Shown here piece after piece: positions 13,006 through 26,601 of a DNA stretch of 64,000 nucleotides. Source of the DNA: Halocafeteria seosinensis (lineage: Eukaryota). Position 1 is the stretch's first letter, and the number at the start of each line of letters is the position of its first letter. The stretch covers positions 1 through 64,000 of the forward strand of contig LVLI01000277.1 in assembly GCA_001687465.1 (NCBI GenBank). Reading direction: 5' to 3'. The notes under the pieces were generated by a model. That model worked only from the letters and a program-made list of their open reading frames with translations, did no database searches and was not told the origin of the DNA. Position numbers and translations under genes: made by a program.

Positions 13006-14535
13006 CTACATACTGGAATTGCTCTTGTCCGTGTCGCCGATATATGAAGCAACCACAGCGGCAATCATATCCGCTGGATCACGTATTGAGGAGTTTGCCG
13101 TTAAAGCTCCTGAATTTCCTCTGGACTGTTCAGCACAGTGGGAAGTACGTTTTACAGGTCGTGGCCTATGCGCTCTGGTCTTTTGGAAAGGCAAGCGGGG
13201 CTGTCTCATCCTCGCAGAAGATGCCCGGGGACGAAAACTCGAATCAATTGGACTTGCCGCAGGTCCAGGGCTTTGTGATGGAGTGGAGCAATCGTCAGCT
13301 TGTTCCGCAGTCACTCCCAGGTTTTGGAAGGCTGTGGAGACAGTGGACGGTGTGGACGATTGCTCTGGACTCTCAGAAATGCGTGAACTGTGACATCTCT
13401 GGGAAGTATTGTTCGACCCCTTCCTCCTGTTTGAAATATATCTATTGATATCTTGAATGGGTTCAGATGACTGCTGTCCTAACGTAGTCCTGAAACGAGG
13501 TTGGTTACGCGACAATTCCGGACAGGTGCCTACAGAGATCGTCCCACCCTTCTGGCGTGTTTCTATGGGTGATACAAGTTTCATCGCTTTTACTCCACTC
13601 GAACCGAAAGATTCCTCTCCCCAAGAGGTTGTTCTGTCGCGTGAACTGTGTGTATAGCTGGTAGAGCTTCTCGCTCGAGCAAATGGGGCGGAAGAATTCG
13701 TCACTGTGCTGCACCGGCTTGCTCGCTCTTTGGAGTCATTGATGGGTGCTAAAAAGTCGTGCTGAAGTGGACCATCGTCATTCGGCAACTGCCCATTTAA
13801 TTTCTCCAAATGACTGTTTGAGTGTCCATCTAATGCAATGGTATGTCGGAAATCTCCGAGGTCTCCAGGAGACTGCTCTGCAATAGTCCACGCTGCTTGC
13901 ATATCCGAGCCAACAGTGGCCGAGCGAACGCTGTATCTCGAATAACTCCAATCTGGAGAAGAGAATTCGCGTTCTTCGAAATTACTTCCGGCGATGTCAA
14001 TGTTCAGCCCTAAGGGAGTATCATCGAAGTCATCCAGAGGAAACCTGTTCTTCCACAGCAAGGGGTCGTCCGGTTCTTCCTCTTCTGACACAGAGCTGTC
14101 GTCATTGATAATTTCCGCCCCGCGAGTAAAGAACTCATGGCCGCTGTGGGAAAGCAGTTCGTCGGTTCTATAACTCGCACGTGGAGGATCCCCTGCAAAG
14201 ACAAGGATAGCCGGTGCTATTTCCCCCCGCGCACTTTTCAAAAACCTAGGGACATCGAGCTTACCCATTACTATGCTCTTCGGGACAGCAAAGCTTGATC
14301 TGGCCAACACCAACCAAGGGGATATAATCTGCACGCACGATAAAATGTATGGAGGTCAATGCGTAGACGGAATATCTTGCCATAGGAGCTCCAAAAAAGC
14401 TAACAAGGGGAAAATCCAAGCAGTCGGGATCTTGTGAAGCTCGCATACGCCCTCAGATATTACTCTCCAGCTCCTTCGGTGTCTTCCACAGAGACGCAAT
14501 GCCCAAAATGTAAGCACCTTAGAGAGCCGATACAG
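13006..14535 (-). CDS. Hypothetical protein, Ser/Arg/Pro-rich and probably disordered (5' exons unresolved)
   Basis: 442-codon ORF plus an in-frame upstream exon across GT-AG intron 14330-14449; no recognisable domain. Confidence 0.55.
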
Positions 14536-16355
14536 CTATATAAACAATAAGGGAAAGCTTATGTTCGCGTATGGCGGAGATTGAGAGGGGTCAGCAGCCG
14601 CAGGGGACAACACCGCCCAGGACCGACGAGCCTTTCGGGTTTTGCAACCACCGGCATCGTGAACGACGGACACCCTATTCACTTACAGGTTGATTCACTG
14701 GAGCCACTAATAAAGATTCCAGACAGAGTACAAACGGAGGAATTGGAAACAAAAAAGGGAGGTTACCCCGGGGACAAAAAAAGGAAAGAAAAAAAGCTTC
14801 CTCCAAGGATATCCACCAAATAGGACAATCGCTTTTATTGGATGCTCACCAAGCCATTTGGGCAAGAAGAAGCACAAGGGCCACCCGCTCACGTAAAACG
14901 CAAGATGGGTAGCGTATGTTTTCAATAAAGCGATATCGAAATTTAACATTCCCTTCGGAACCTGAGACTGTGGGCTAGATTTGTTTTACTTGTTCGTACT
15001 GCAGTGCCAGTTGACGCAGCAGTTTCCGCTTCATGTTGAAAAAGTCAAGGGGGAAGGCAAGAAGGCGAAGAACGGAACATGAAGCTCGCCGATCAATAGA
15101 AGAAATGGAAGAAGACTCGATAAAGAGTTACGAGTGCGTTGGATCTTGGTATCCGCACTGCTCTGGTTCACTTTCGATGCTGCAAGGTTAACATAGCAGC
15201 TGGGGCGGGAACCGCGGTTTCGTTCTACAGGTACCACGTCACAGCAGTAGATGCAAACGTGTTGATTTCTATTGCATTGCGACTCGATCATAGCTCCTCT
15301 TACGAACTACAATGGTCTGTGAAAAGTGGATGGTGGCCGCTTCCTCCTTCTGGGGAAGGAAACCCGTTCTTTGTGGAAGAACGAGTCACTTCGACATCTT
15401 GCAAACAGGAACCCTGGCGTGAATCAACCTACGCCACCTAGATATTGTACAATCACATAGGCTGTACATTTGTAAATGCCAATAATACGTAATTCCCCTC
15501 ACGCGGACGTTACAGACTGCCGTGAGATAGGTACCAACTTAGGAGTCCAGAGTGATGTCTGTGCACAGAACGTATGACTGAACCACGGATACCAATTGGA
15601 TGGTTGCGCAAAGATACTTCTAGGACCATGAGGAAAGATGTATTTCACGCACTTAGTCCTTTCCCTTTTAAAGGCGGTCCCAGTCATCTTGGACCAGGGC
15701 TACCATGGTCGCTACTTAGCCCTATGGTGGTGGTGGGCATTGCTGGCTGGGAACGCCACAAAGGATCCTTGGCACTTAAGGCGAAGAAAAGCCGATATGG
15801 CTCATGGCCAGCCTACTCCTACCTAATCCTCTAAAGAATCAAAATCGGCAAGTTGCTATCCGAGTCAATACGCCATACAAGCGATCATATACAATTATGA
15901 CGGCATACATTGTCGATATGCAGTGTACCCCATGTTTCGTTCTCAAATCCATCCTTGCACCTGACAAACAATACAACATCGAAAACAAGCACTTCTGAGT
16001 GACTTCTCACGTGGCAGAGTTGAAGCCATCTTGAAGGCTGAGGGTTAGAAGTAACTTATAACTTATGCTTCCTTCCACGTACGAGGCAGGTGGATCAAGT
16101 GCCGAGGATTGGTTTGCATTTTCATAACAAACGTATGGACTTTGTGTTGTGGACTCTGGTGTGCATGAAATCTTCCTGGAAACCTCAGGTAGCTGTAGTT
16201 CTTCCGTTATCCCTGGCATTCCAGTCGCACAAGCGCCTGTATAGCGCGCTTCCAAGGGGTTCTACGAAGGTTCAGTCTTTTAGAGGGCTGCAGCTGTCTC
16301 TTACGAAGACACTGACTGTCTGTATGCCCACATCATTGTCGTATATTCTACCAAA

Positions 16356-19300
16356 ATGGCTCAGAACTTGTATGTGGGAGCGACAGTTCTGATCCAAGGA
16401 CGCCACCGTGGTGTTATCAAGTTTCTAGGGACGACGGTACGTCATGCAAAGTAGCCCCTTTTCCAGGGGCATGTGTGCCCGAGAGACTCGTGTGAGGAGC
16501 ACGCGCCGCTTAGCGCGATGTATGCCCTGAATTTCTGAATTGCAGGAGTTTGATCCCCAGAAACGCGTATGGGCTGGCGTGGAATTGGATCGACCGATTG
16601 GGTGCGTGCATCATACCAAGCTACACGAGTGGGATTCCATCTGTAGGAATTCGTCGAGAGCTATGTGGATGCAGAAAGCATAATGGAACCGTCCGTGGCA
16701 AGACGTATTTCAAGTCCAAAGAGAAGCATGGGACATTCGTTCAACCGCTACAGGTAAGAAAGGACACACAGTTAAACACCTTGAGAAAAGGCGTGAAAAC
16801 ATCCACAACGAGGTGCCTTTCTATATGCAGTGTGAGCTTCATTCCCCTGAGAAGGAAGCGGCAGGCAAGATCCAAGCAGTAGCTCGTCAGAGGATTGCAC
16901 AAAAGGAGTTCAGGAGGGAGCTTGACAGTGCGACATTTAATGAGTTGGATAATAACGATGAAAATGTATGTACACTTATTGTGTGTGTGATTCATTTGAA
17001 TGAAAATGATATCTCTTAACGCCTACGCAGCTTCATATTCGTCGGCGAAATCGGCTGATCGCCGCCGGCTTAGCTTCGGTATCTTCGGATACTCCTTCGG
17101 CAAAGGCTCGTCAGCTTGGTACGTGCTTCGTCTATCAGTGATACATAATACCCGGAATGCCTTAATCATGAAGTGCTATAAGAATTACAGCTTCTGAAGA
17201 AATCGATGCAATCGAAGTGGAGAAGTCGTATTCAGGTGAGATTGATTGCTCAATATCCTGGTACAGACGAACCCTAGGATAACTTGCCACATTTTGTCAC
17301 GCAGGCGTCCACTTGAAGTTTCCCCTTACTGAAGATCAAGTATTGAAAATGATAAAGAGCTTTAAAGAAGGGAAGATTTTGCACTACAAATATGTGATGC
17401 AAATTCTTCTCGCTGCAAGGGAACGTAATGCTGTTAAGAATACAGTCGTCGAAACAAGCATTAAGGATAATGAGAGGTTGACCATTTGCGGCGATACTCA
17501 TGGACAACTTCAAGACTTATTCTCCGTCTTCACCATTAACGGTACTCCGGATAATCATAATCGGTATCTTTTCAACGGCGACTTTGTGGATAGAGGCCCT
17601 TGCGGGGCTGAAATTGTCTTGACCCTCTTAGCGTTTCAGCTCGTTTATCCTCAGGGATGCATGCTCAACAGAGGGAATCATGAAGAACGCTCTCAAAACG
17701 AGACAGGAGTAAGTGTGCAAATTGCCTGTAGGAAATTATCCTGTACCGTTTTCTTCATGGTTTATGTTCAGGGGTTCATGTCCGAGGTGCTCGATAAGTA
17801 TAACGGGGCTACCCAGGGAGATCCGAACCGCGGCGTCCTTGTTTATGACGCATTTGAAAGTAAGTTATTGCATCGAATGTTTTTTTGCTAACCTTCTATG
17901 CATCGTCCTCCTGGCTATGCAGCTCTTTTCGACATGCTTCCTCTTGCAACCTCTATTAAGAAGAGACAGAGGAAAGTATTCGTGGTACATGGAGGCCTTT
18001 TCGATCGAACCGGGATAAAAATCGAGCATATTAACGCCATCAATGTAAGTGGACATCAAGAAGTTCACTGATAGCTCTCAGTGATAACTGTTGTGTGTAT
18101 GACCTCAGCGTAAGAGAGAGATACCATGGGGGCGGCATACCTTTGAAGATCGAGTTTTTGAAGATTTACTTTGGTCCGATCCGAAAAACAGACAAGGGAC
18201 AGCTGCATCTAGTCGTGGAGCAGGAGTGTTCTTTGGGCAAGACATTACGGACGAATTTTGCTCCACTAATGGTGTTAGTCTCCTTGTCAGGAGCCACGAA
18301 ATGGTACAGGAGGGGTTCCAGTACATGCACGGCAACAAACTTCTTACTATTTTTTCAGCCTCCAAATACTGTAATCGTGGCACTAATCGTGGAGCATACA
18401 TTGTCTTTGAGCCTGACTTGAATAGCGCGATTGAACAGTTTATGGCTGGCCGTATCGAAGCTACTGACCCGAAGCCCCTCAGAGATAGAAAAGCAGGGGC
18501 ACTTCTGGCACCACCTGACGACGTGGATGAATCCTCTCAGTCCGATGCGAACCGGCGGATGCTGATTGAGCGCATATGTCTAAATAAGCATGATCTATTC
18601 TGGTTTTGGAGCAACTCGGACAAGGAGCGAACGGGTAAGATTACTAAGCTGCAATGGGCTGAAGGCATGCGAACTGTATTGGCTCCTCTGGATCTACCGT
18701 GGCTAAGCTTAGCGAAAGAATTGGTTGAATTTGAGGAAGATGGTATGATAAGCTACCCGAAATTCTTGAATCGGTATCACATTGAAATGCGCCCGGAAGA
18801 CACTGAATGGCAAGACGCTGTCATCGAACGTGTGTGCGAAAAATTATATTCATGCTGTGCGTCTTTGGAAGAAGCGTATTGGTTATTCGATGTAAATAAA
18901 GATGGACGAATTGAGTACGTAATTTGACTTTGCAATCATTCCTTGTTCCAACGTCCTATACTTCAGCGACACTTGCAGGTACTCCGAATTCGTTGATGCC
19001 CTCGATAAATTGGATGTGGGCCTCTCTAGGAAGCAAATATATGAGCTAATGAATAGTATCGACAAAGACAAAGACGCGCATATTGACTTTAAGGAATTCA
19101 CTGAGAGGTTTCAGGTGGTGTTCACCAAAACGAAACATCGGCGCGACAGTGTCTCTGGCAAGGTAGAGGGGGCGAGAGAGAAAGCCCGGGCCAAAATTGC
19201 TAGCTTGGATAAATGGACCACGGATACGCTCAACCGAGTCGGCAGAGCTTTGTTCAAGGAAGGAAAGATCGCTCCCCAAGTATTTTCGGATATCGATACA

Positions 19301-19933
19301 GATGCCGATGGAGTACTCTCGGAAAATGAGTTCTATAAGGCATTGAAAAAACTGTCGTTCGACCCTCCATTGAGCCGCGAAGAAGTCAAGCGTCTAGTAA
19401 CAGCCATGGATGCCAATGAGAGTGGAAGCGTAAACTATCTAGAATTTATCTCTGCCTTCAAGGTTGAGGACCGGGCACAGAAGGAACACGGAGAGAAGGC
19501 TGAATGGCAGCGTGCTTTAATTGAACAGATCGTGAACACTCTGTATGAGTACAGGATCGAGCTCGCTGCCGCATTTGAGAAGTTTGATCTTAACCATAAT
19601 GGCGTCGTATCCAGCGAAGAGTTCCGCATCGGTTTACAAGCGTTAACCGGTGCCATAGGCTCTCCGATAACAGATGTTCAGGCGGATGAATTGATGCGTA
19701 TTTTGGACAAAAACCGGGACGGCAACTTGAGCTATGAAGAGTTCCTTTCAGGTTTCCGTCTAGTCGATGAACACCAAGAGGAAGAATCAAAGGGCGAAGA
19801 AAAAGGTATAGGGCGAGGATCTTCGTCCCCGAGAATGAATCGTCCGTCGTCCTTCTCCTCCCTCACTAGATCAAGATCTGTCGAACCGAATGTTCCTATA
19901 GGAGTTGTTGCCGCCCGGAGACAAAACAGCTAA
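16356..19933 (+). CDS. PPEF: PPEF/rdgC-type Ser/Thr phosphatase with N-terminal CAP-Gly and IQ motifs and multiple C-terminal EF-hands (about 11 exons)
   Basis: Spliced N-terminus GVIKFLGTTEF..WAGVELDRPIGKHNGTVRGKTYF..HGTFV; IQAVARQR; PPP motifs GDTHGQ, GDFVDRG, RGNHE, HGG, LWSDP, RSHE, FSASKY; EF loops DVNKDGRIEYSE, DKDKDAHIDFKE, DTDADGVLSENE, DANESGSVNYLE, DLNHNGVVSSEE, DKNRDGNLSYEE. Confidence 0.88.
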
Positions 19934-19937
19934 TCGA

Positions 19938-21302
19938 CTACACCTCCATTGTCTCACTCCTTACAAACCACCTTTTCAAGTTCCTTTTCGTTTCACTATC
20001 AAGTGTCTGCTGTTTCAGCTGTCATTCCTTGATAGTGAAATTCGTTTGGATGAATGTCGACAACTTACCGTTGCCAACTTAGCCACTTCCACCGCAAACT
20101 TTTCTTGTGCTAGCTCGATTCCTGCGAACAACTTCATGATAGTGCTCCTGGTGTCACATCTGTAAGAGCGGAATTGGCGTACCCTCCGATACTCCTGACA
20201 AGAGTTCCGATGAGCGCACGAACTGTAAAACGGACTGCTTCATTCTGGAGAGCTCGACCGCTAAGCGCTTCTTCCCCCCTTTGGATATATCGCCAGAGGG
20301 ACACGTTCGCATAAGCTCCGACACCTGCTTTGCACAGAGATCCCTCTGCATCGAATAGATCCTCAACGTGCATTTAATTGCCCTTACTAGCTTTCGTAAA
20401 ACTATGTCCGCTTGGTGCACTACATTGTTAGCTGTTTCGTCTCGTTGCTGGTGGGCATCGGCCTCACTTTGAGCACGCAGGACAGGCTTCCCAGCCTCGT
20501 TGGAGATACAGCGCAAAAGGGCTTCCTCATCATCCCTGCTGCAATCGCATTCCTTTTATTAGAGTAAGCAGGTGATTATGAGTATTCCTTTCTCTCCAAA
20601 ATACCGTAAACCTACCTGTACGGTACTGGTAGGGTCTGAAACCGATCTTTCTCCCAGCTCGCCTCGCAGCCAGCTTCTAGGTGTGCTAAAATCCTCTCCA
20701 ACGAGGCTTCCGGTACATGGTGAGCTTCATCTCTGAGGGCATTTCGTTCTCGAGCAAGACACCGTGGGCAATCCAACAGCACAGTTAAGAATCCAATTCC
20801 TGCTGCAGGTTCAGCCGCAGACGAAGGTCACTATCAATTCCCTACCACCCACATCAGGTGCTTTATACGTACACTCTGCAGCCAGGTGGAAGTAAGGCTT
20901 TCTCATACTCGGCAAGTGGAAATTGTCTTCGACGAAAATAGTGGTAACTGTTTTTCCTCTGGCTTCCTCCATGTTCACTTCTGAGGAAGTCTCACTTCCT
21001 CGTAGTATACGTTCAACGGCGTCTCTGACTCTATGATACAGCTCTTCCCGAGCCAAGTGCCATAATTTACGTGTCTCTTCTCCGAACCGCGTAGCAGGTA
21101 CTTCCTCTAGGCTATACTCAACCAAGCGTCGTTGCGTCATGAGAGAATCGAACTCGTCATCTAGTTTGAACACTTGCTTTCGGGAGTCGCCCTCTTCAGG
21201 AGCCGCAATTCTCTCCAATAAAGTCGATTTTCCAGCAGCCGGAGGGCCTCCAATTAATACCAGCACACAAGTCATTCGACCGCCATTGTCAGCCATACTC
21301 AT
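19938..21302 (-). CDS. PSTK: O-phosphoseryl-tRNA(Sec) kinase (L-seryl-tRNA(Sec) kinase), 5 exons
   Basis: P-loop GGPPAAGKST, EDNFHLPSMRKPYFHLA, LLDCPRCLARERNALR..VPEASLERILAHLE, NVVHQADIVLRKLV. Confidence 0.75.
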
Positions 21303-21689
21303 TCATGCATGAATGAAGCCGCCGCCATTCATCCAGTTGAAGACTGTCCCATGGAGGGGAGGAAGAAGCACTTCAGTCAGGATAACATACTGCTAGGGCA
21401 TGGAAAATCTACGACTGGATGATGTAAATAAGTGTGTTTATTAAGCGAAACAATAATTTCATTTTGTTGCACTACGTAGCACCTACACACTCAGTGAGCC
21501 CCCCGTACGTGTGAAGTCCATGGTGGCAATCCACCGTGGAATCGTAGAATCAAGCGAACAACCCGTGTGTGTACGATAGTGTCGAATTGTTTGTAATGTC
21601 TCGTATTTCTCAGAGAAAGTTATAGTGAAGAAAAAAGAGTTCACTACTGTTGTCAACCGACGATTACCAACCGGACCGTTCTGCACCAG

Positions 21690-24600
21690 TTAGCTTCCGC
21701 TCCCTCGTCCTCTTCCACCCTTTTCCTGTCCACGTCCTCGTCCTCTTTGGTCTCCTCTACCTCTATTTCCTCGTCCAGACCCTCTCTGTCCCCCTCTGCT
21801 GCCTCCTCCTCTACCTCTATCGCCCCTGCCTCGGCTGTTTCCTGGACCACGCCCGTCTCCTCCATTTGGTAAGTCTGCATCTCGACGTTGAGGAAACGGT
21901 GATGCAACGTTTTCGTTCCCACCGCCGCGGGGAGTTCCTCCCCCTCTTCCCCTTCCACCGAAATTCCCTTTTTCTCCTCCTCTACCATGGCTACTAAAAT
22001 CCTGGCCCCTTCCACGACTGCCGAAGCCAGGCCCTCGTCCGCGTTGTTGGAAACGTCCACCCCTGCCACCACGACCTCCTCTCTCATTGGAGCCGTGACC
22101 AAACATTCCCTCATCAAACGATTCACCGTACCGTCCTGTACACGTCCACCCATTGGTTTCTATTTCACGGATGTGTCTGTGAGCATCCAAGCACAGCATG
22201 TCGCGTTCCGGTTCTACCTGACCAAACACTTCAATTTGCATCAATTTGAAGAACACCTCCAATGTATATTTGAAAAACGGAGAGTCCTCGAGAATTTCCA
22301 AGAAGCATTGGTATCCGTGGTTCACAAAAATCTGAAACAATGACTCCACGGACAGTCTAATAACCTTCAAAAGAGCCGCCGTAAGCTCATCGGATTGTAC
22401 TGAAATCCACTCGTCCACACAAATCAAAGCAGCATTTCCCGGCTGGTCAAAGTCACGAGTGCGCAGCAATTCAATTAAGAGATCTACATTAAATTCCGAA
22501 CGAATTACATTTACATCAAACCCATTGTCATCAAGAGTATTACCCTGGAACGTGAGTAAATGCCAATACTCAACAGGGTGCGCACTCTTCCGGATTTGTC
22601 CCTCTGAGTCGCCCTCTTCGGCAACACCTTGAACGAGCAAACTGAAGTTCTTGCGAAACTGACGGTGCTCATAAGTCTCACGTAGGTATGCAATTTCTAA
22701 AGCAACTTCCTCGACATCAGTTTCATCTTCGGCGTATTCCTGCCATCGCTCAAGGTTATCGGGTTCAGAATTCACTTCTAAAACATCTTCCAAAAGCATG
22801 CCGTTTTGGGAAGCTCCGCCAATTACACCACACGAAAGAACCAATGCCACCGACGAAATGATCGTAGTGTCCCGAAGCATTATCTTTCCGCTCTGATTAC
22901 CAGATAATTCTTCATAAATTAACCAACGAGTTGGGTTTGCCGAGTTCTTGGCTGGCATTGGAGCACTCGAATTTAATGAGGACTTCATTATACCTGCCCG
23001 GCCATCTCCCCTAATACAGACCGTCTTGAGCTGCTTCCGCATATCGCTCCCATTAATACGTCCGATACCAGGATAGAAGCCGGCACTCAGTGCCGCCAAT
23101 ACTAATTCAATTTTATTAGAATTTTCATTTAACGAGGGACCACCGACCATTGCAGATATAGTACTCAGAGGTCCACGAATTCTGGTCGTCGAGAATTTAG
23201 CCGAGTAGGGAGTAGAAGCATCAATGAGATTGAAGCGAACAAGTTCGTCCAAAACCTGTTCTCTGATAGCAACAATCATGCACATCGTTGGGTACGACAA
23301 GTAATTGCGATTACAGAAGTCAGTTACTGCCCTAGGGCCATCATAAAGAGCGCACGACATGAATGCATTCACGGCGCCGAGGATTGCAACGTGGTCCGAC
23401 TCATGACCTCCAGCGAATGCTTTTCTCGACTTCGATGCAGCTACTTTATCCGCAGGTGTCGTCGGCAGTACAAAAGGGCTCTTGTAGCTGGCAGCACAAC
23501 ATGCTGTCAGTACAGGATCAAGGCACCGAAATAGCATTCCATAAAGAATAGCCTTTCCAAACCTGGGAGCCATAGGAAGCAACGCCAAGCAGCGACCTAG
23601 TGACGTCAAGTTTTCTTCAGTGCGGTAACCTTGGTTGTCGACAACCTCAATAGCGCCAATATCCACAAGCAACTGGAGAGCCCTCTTTACGCTCAGCGAT
23701 GATGGCGGTTCGAGCGCTAACGACAGTACCTTTTCGATTTCGCCCATACCATCTGACATCGTGGAAATTTCTTTATGGACACGAGAGAAAACTCGCCCGA
23801 TATTAAGCAATTTAACCTGCAAACAGAGTTCTTCTAAAGACGTTCTACGAATCTCCGGAACATCGAATTCATCAAGTGAGGTAGCCCGTTTGGCTGAAAA
23901 TAAGTGGTAACAGATACCCGGACGGATCCGGCCCGAGCGACCAGCTCTTTGTCGGGCAGAAGCTTTGCTGATCCATTGCGATCGGAGAATGGAACAACCA
24001 GTATAAGCATCAAAAGACTTCTGTTTCACTTTTCCGGAATCGATGACATATAAAACATCGTCGATCGTTATTGACGTCTCCGCAATATTTGTTGAAAGGA
24101 TAACTTTGGTACAACCCGGTGCAGCATGCATAAACACTTTTTTCTGTTCACGGGGAGATATTGCTGAGTGCAGCGGAAGAACCCAGAGGCGGTTGTTACC
24201 CGACAAAAAGAAATCGTTCTCTAAGGCCGACATCACACGAATTATTTCCTCCCACCCAGGAAGAAACACTAAGATAGAACCTGAAGAAACCTCTCCGTAA
24301 TCCGCTTTTATTTCAGACGTCAATGAGGCATTCACCTTCAGCTCTGTGCGCGTTTTTTCCTGGTAGGAGACAATGCTCTTCACCAAGTGCAAAATAAGCT
24401 CCTCGTCAATATCATCCTCACTAGTTTGTTGGAGATATTTGTCCAGCGGAGAAAGGGCCTTGTGCTGGTTTTCCTCGGCCATGGTGTGCTGTCTGTCGTT
24501 TTTCCGATGAGCTCTCGTAACGTCTCCACTAGCCGCAGCAACCATGCCTTGAGCAGCGTCCTCGAATGAATCATGGTCATCATCGTCACTGTTGTCGAGC

Positions 24601-26308
24601 TCACCTTCACATTGTGCACTATGAACTTCATGCTGCGGGATGCTCCTTTCAGCGGCGACAAATGGATCTAGGAAAGGATCTCCCGGCCTAGTGGTATTCG
24701 CTCCATTCGTTGCATCTGCAGAACGTAGTTCCTGTGGAGTAGCCGGTACCTCAGCGCTTTCGCAAATAGGAACGTGATCGACCCACTCATAAAAAGGAAA
24801 ATATCGCATGCATTTTTGACATTGCATGGACTCTTGGCCAATGTTCTCCACATCTGCGTCGTCACCACTGCGGTCCGGAACCGTATTTCCCTGTGCAGCG
24901 TTACGATCTGCCTCAGTCGTCGTATCTGGTTTACTTCTTAGATCATCTCCTGTCTGTATAAACTCTGTTTCGTGGATTATATCATCTAAATAGTACTCCG
25001 AAACTGAGAATTTCCGCCCCTCTATATGGATGCATTCCGGGTACAACGAAGAGAGGCTAAAATTTCTCGATTGCATCAAAGACGCGAAGGCTTGCTTATT
25101 TTGGTCCACAAAATTGCTGAAGTATTGCTCAAAAAGTTGAACTTGCAGCGTAGCACTCATTATCACAACACGCAAATCAGTTCGTTCAAGCAGGACTTCG
25201 CGTAGAACTAACAACATGAAATCACTTTGCAGGTCCCGCTCGTGAACCTCATCAAGAACAATGTGTGTAACTCCTCTAAGATTCGGATCCGTTGTTAGCC
25301 GACGCAGCAGAACACCCGTTGTACAGAATGTCAACCTGGTCTTGTCGCTGAATTGATGGTCTAGTCTTACACTGTGTCCTACCGTCTCTCCGACGTTTTC
25401 TAGGCGCTCTGTGGCAACCCGTTCTGCTAAACTGATGGCGCTTATCCGTCGCGGTTGTGCGACAATCACGTTGACTGTTCGGGGATCCACTCGTTCATCG
25501 TCAAGGATGAATTGAGGAACCTGCGCAAGAAAAACAAGCGTCGAATGGTACAGCGAAAGAGTGCATTACCATCACGTACCTGTGTTGATTTGCCGCACCC
25601 AGTATCACCACTAATTATTGTAACATGAGAAGCCGATATGGCATCTCCTATTTTATTCCGATAGCTCCAAACGGGAAGACTCTTTCTCACATTATAGAAC
25701 TGGGAATACGCTGGATTGCGTTGTCTCTGAGCCTCTCCATTTGATAGAGGAAGTTGGGGGATAAAAGAGCTCTTATGATGTTTGTGTTGACGCTTCTGGT
25801 ATTTCTGACTATTTTCCGAATCTTCCAAGAACTCCCCGCCATCCAGACAAGCCGATAGACCGTTCTTGATGTCTTGAGGTTGCAATCCTAGCAGTTTGTC
25901 CCTAAAGTCGCTTAAGCACCGCTCAGAGTCCGGGTGCAACTGGAGTGCTGGAATGCCGTCGTACTTTATTTGATCATTCGAGTCCTTCTTTTTTTTGATC
26001 ACCAGTCGGCGCTCTTCCCCAACACCATGGCTTGCGCTTAGGAGGCCCATTTTCGAGCACTGGTGATGAATAAACTTCCGTTGCGTATTGTCGAGTTCCG
26101 GTGGGAATTCGTAAGTCTCAAGTCCAGGGTTGTCTCTAAAATTCTCCAGGACCTCAATGGCACGAATGTTGAATTCTTCACCTACGGCACTTGGAGGCAC
26201 GGCACCTGCTGCACCCCCTCTTCCTCTTCCTCGGCCCCTTCCTCTTCCACGGCCTCTGCCTCTGCCACGCCCTCCTCTACCTCTTCCTCCTGTTGCAGCG
26301 TCGGCCAT
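21690..26308 (-). CDS. R3H-domain DExH-box RNA helicase (DHX36/YTHDC2-like) with RGG-rich termini; intron 25521-25579
   Basis: R3H (FPPELDNTQRKFIHHQC..SHG), GDTGCGKSTQ, QPRRISA, DEVHER, MSAT, VFLPGW, TNIAETSITI, QRAGRSGR, HA2 and OB regions. Confidence 0.92.
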
Positions 26309-26601
26309 TCTACTTCGGTCTCTATTTACGCAAAATAAGACGCAAACTAACTGCGTCGATTCCTATTATACTCTGTTAGAAAACATCAATACTATCTTCA
26401 ATAATGCTTGTAAGAGTGCTAAACAACGGAGCCAGCCAGGCCTGTGAATCAACCAATGACATCATTGACATGAATCATGAGGTCATGCATATGTGTTTGC
26501 TATAAGACTAACCCATATGGCATTGCTATTGTCCTGAAGTTTCGTGGTTTATTTATTTTATATGCACTCGAATTCGGTTCTGGTTGTAAGGAAGAAGTAT
26601 C

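Noticed and set aside
26215..26290. Short tandem repeats resembling an array
   Set aside because: They encode the (GR)n N-terminus of the helicase; not CRISPR-like
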